Both the position numbers and the translations under genes were made by a program. The notes beneath the pieces are model-generated. The model saw only the letters and a list, made by a program, of their open reading frames with translations, did not search any database and was not told where the DNA came from. This document shows, piece after piece, positions 63,236-64,000 of a DNA stretch of 64,000 nt. The stretch's first letter is position 1. Each line of letters starts with the position of its first letter. Source of the DNA: Eledone cirrhosa (Eukaryota); assembly GCA_964016885.1 (NCBI GenBank), contig OZ024740.1, forward strand, positions 9,362,001 through 9,426,000, in the 5' to 3' direction.

Positions 63236-64000
63236 ATGTCAGTTTCTATTGGTATATCAGTTTTGGTCAGTTTCTATTGGTAAATCAATTTCTATTGGTA
63301 TATCGGTTTCCATTGGTATATCAGTTTCGATTGGTATGTCAGTTTCTATTGGTCTATCAGTTTCTATTGCTATGTCAGTTTTGAATGGTATGTCAGTTTC
63401 TATTGGTATATCAGTTTCGATTGTTATATCAATTTCTATTGGTATATCAGTTCCGATTGGTATGTCAGTTTCAATTAGTATATCAGTTTCTATTAGTATG
63501 TCAGTTTCTATTGGTATCTCAGTTTCGATTGATATCAGTTTCTATTGGTATGTCAGTTTCTATTGGTATATCAATTTCGATTCGTATATCAGTTTCGATT
63601 GGTATATCAGTTTCGATTGGTATGTTAGTTTCTATTGGTATGTCAATTTCGATTGGTATATCAGTTTCGGTTGTATGTGAGTTTCGATTGGTATGTCAGT
63701 TTCTATTGGTATATCAGTTTCTATCGGTATGTCTGTTTCTATTGGTATGTCAGTTTCTATTGGTATGTCAGTTTCGAGTGGTATATCAGCTTCGATTTGT
63801 ATGTCAGTTTCGATTGGTATGTCAGTTTCTATTGGTATATCAGTTTTGATTGGTATTTCAGTTTCGATTGGTATGTCAGTTTCGATTGGTATGTCAGTTT
63901 CGATTAGTATATCAGTTTCTATTGGTATGTCAGTTTCTATTGGTATGTCAGTTTCGATTGTTATGTCAGTTTCTATTGGTATATCAGTTTCGTTTGATAT

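Larger units (their letters stand above)
49205..64000. repeat. Uninterrupted 18-bp satellite block, running off the window end
   Basis: Same monomer; no insertions seen in ~14.8 kb. Confidence 0.99.

Noticed and set aside
35-63907. Hundreds of ORFs with SVSIG(M/I), YQFRLV, WYVSFD or IETDIP repeats (up to 473 aa)
   Set aside because: An 18-bp monomer with no stop codon in several frames makes long ORFs automatically; frames break at random through indels and there is no unique coding context
49205-64000. Telomeric repeat array, or a 9+9 internal dimer origin of the monomer
   Set aside because: No TTAGG(G)-type unit; monomers are too variable; the two 9-bp halves align poorly

Overview
This is a eukaryotic (animal-type) satellite DNA window with no host genes. 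About two thirds is a tandem array of an 18-bp monomer (consensus ATTGGTATRTCAGTTTCK) organised into nested higher-order repeats and segmental duplications (offsets 486, 863, 1743, 2484, ~2850, 4609 and 7031 bp). The array is interrupted between 9.9 and 49.2 kb by eight non-LTR retrotransposon copies. Five belong to an RTE-like family A: one has an intact 1081-codon APE-RT ORF, three are degenerate near-full-length copies, and one is a 200-bp 3' stub. Two are 5'-truncated copies of a related family B, and one is a CR1-like 3' fragment. Four observations stand out. (1) A C4HC3 PHD-type zinc finger sits inside the RT domain of both RTE families. (2) The (ATG)n-tailed elements insert at the same ATGT register of the monomer. 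(3) The 3' UTR is built of repeated double-hairpin modules with compensatory changes between families. (4) One LINE copy has been co-amplified with satellite in a 7031-bp tandem duplication. The many SVSIG/YQFRL/ETDIPI ORFs are artefacts of the 18-bp period.
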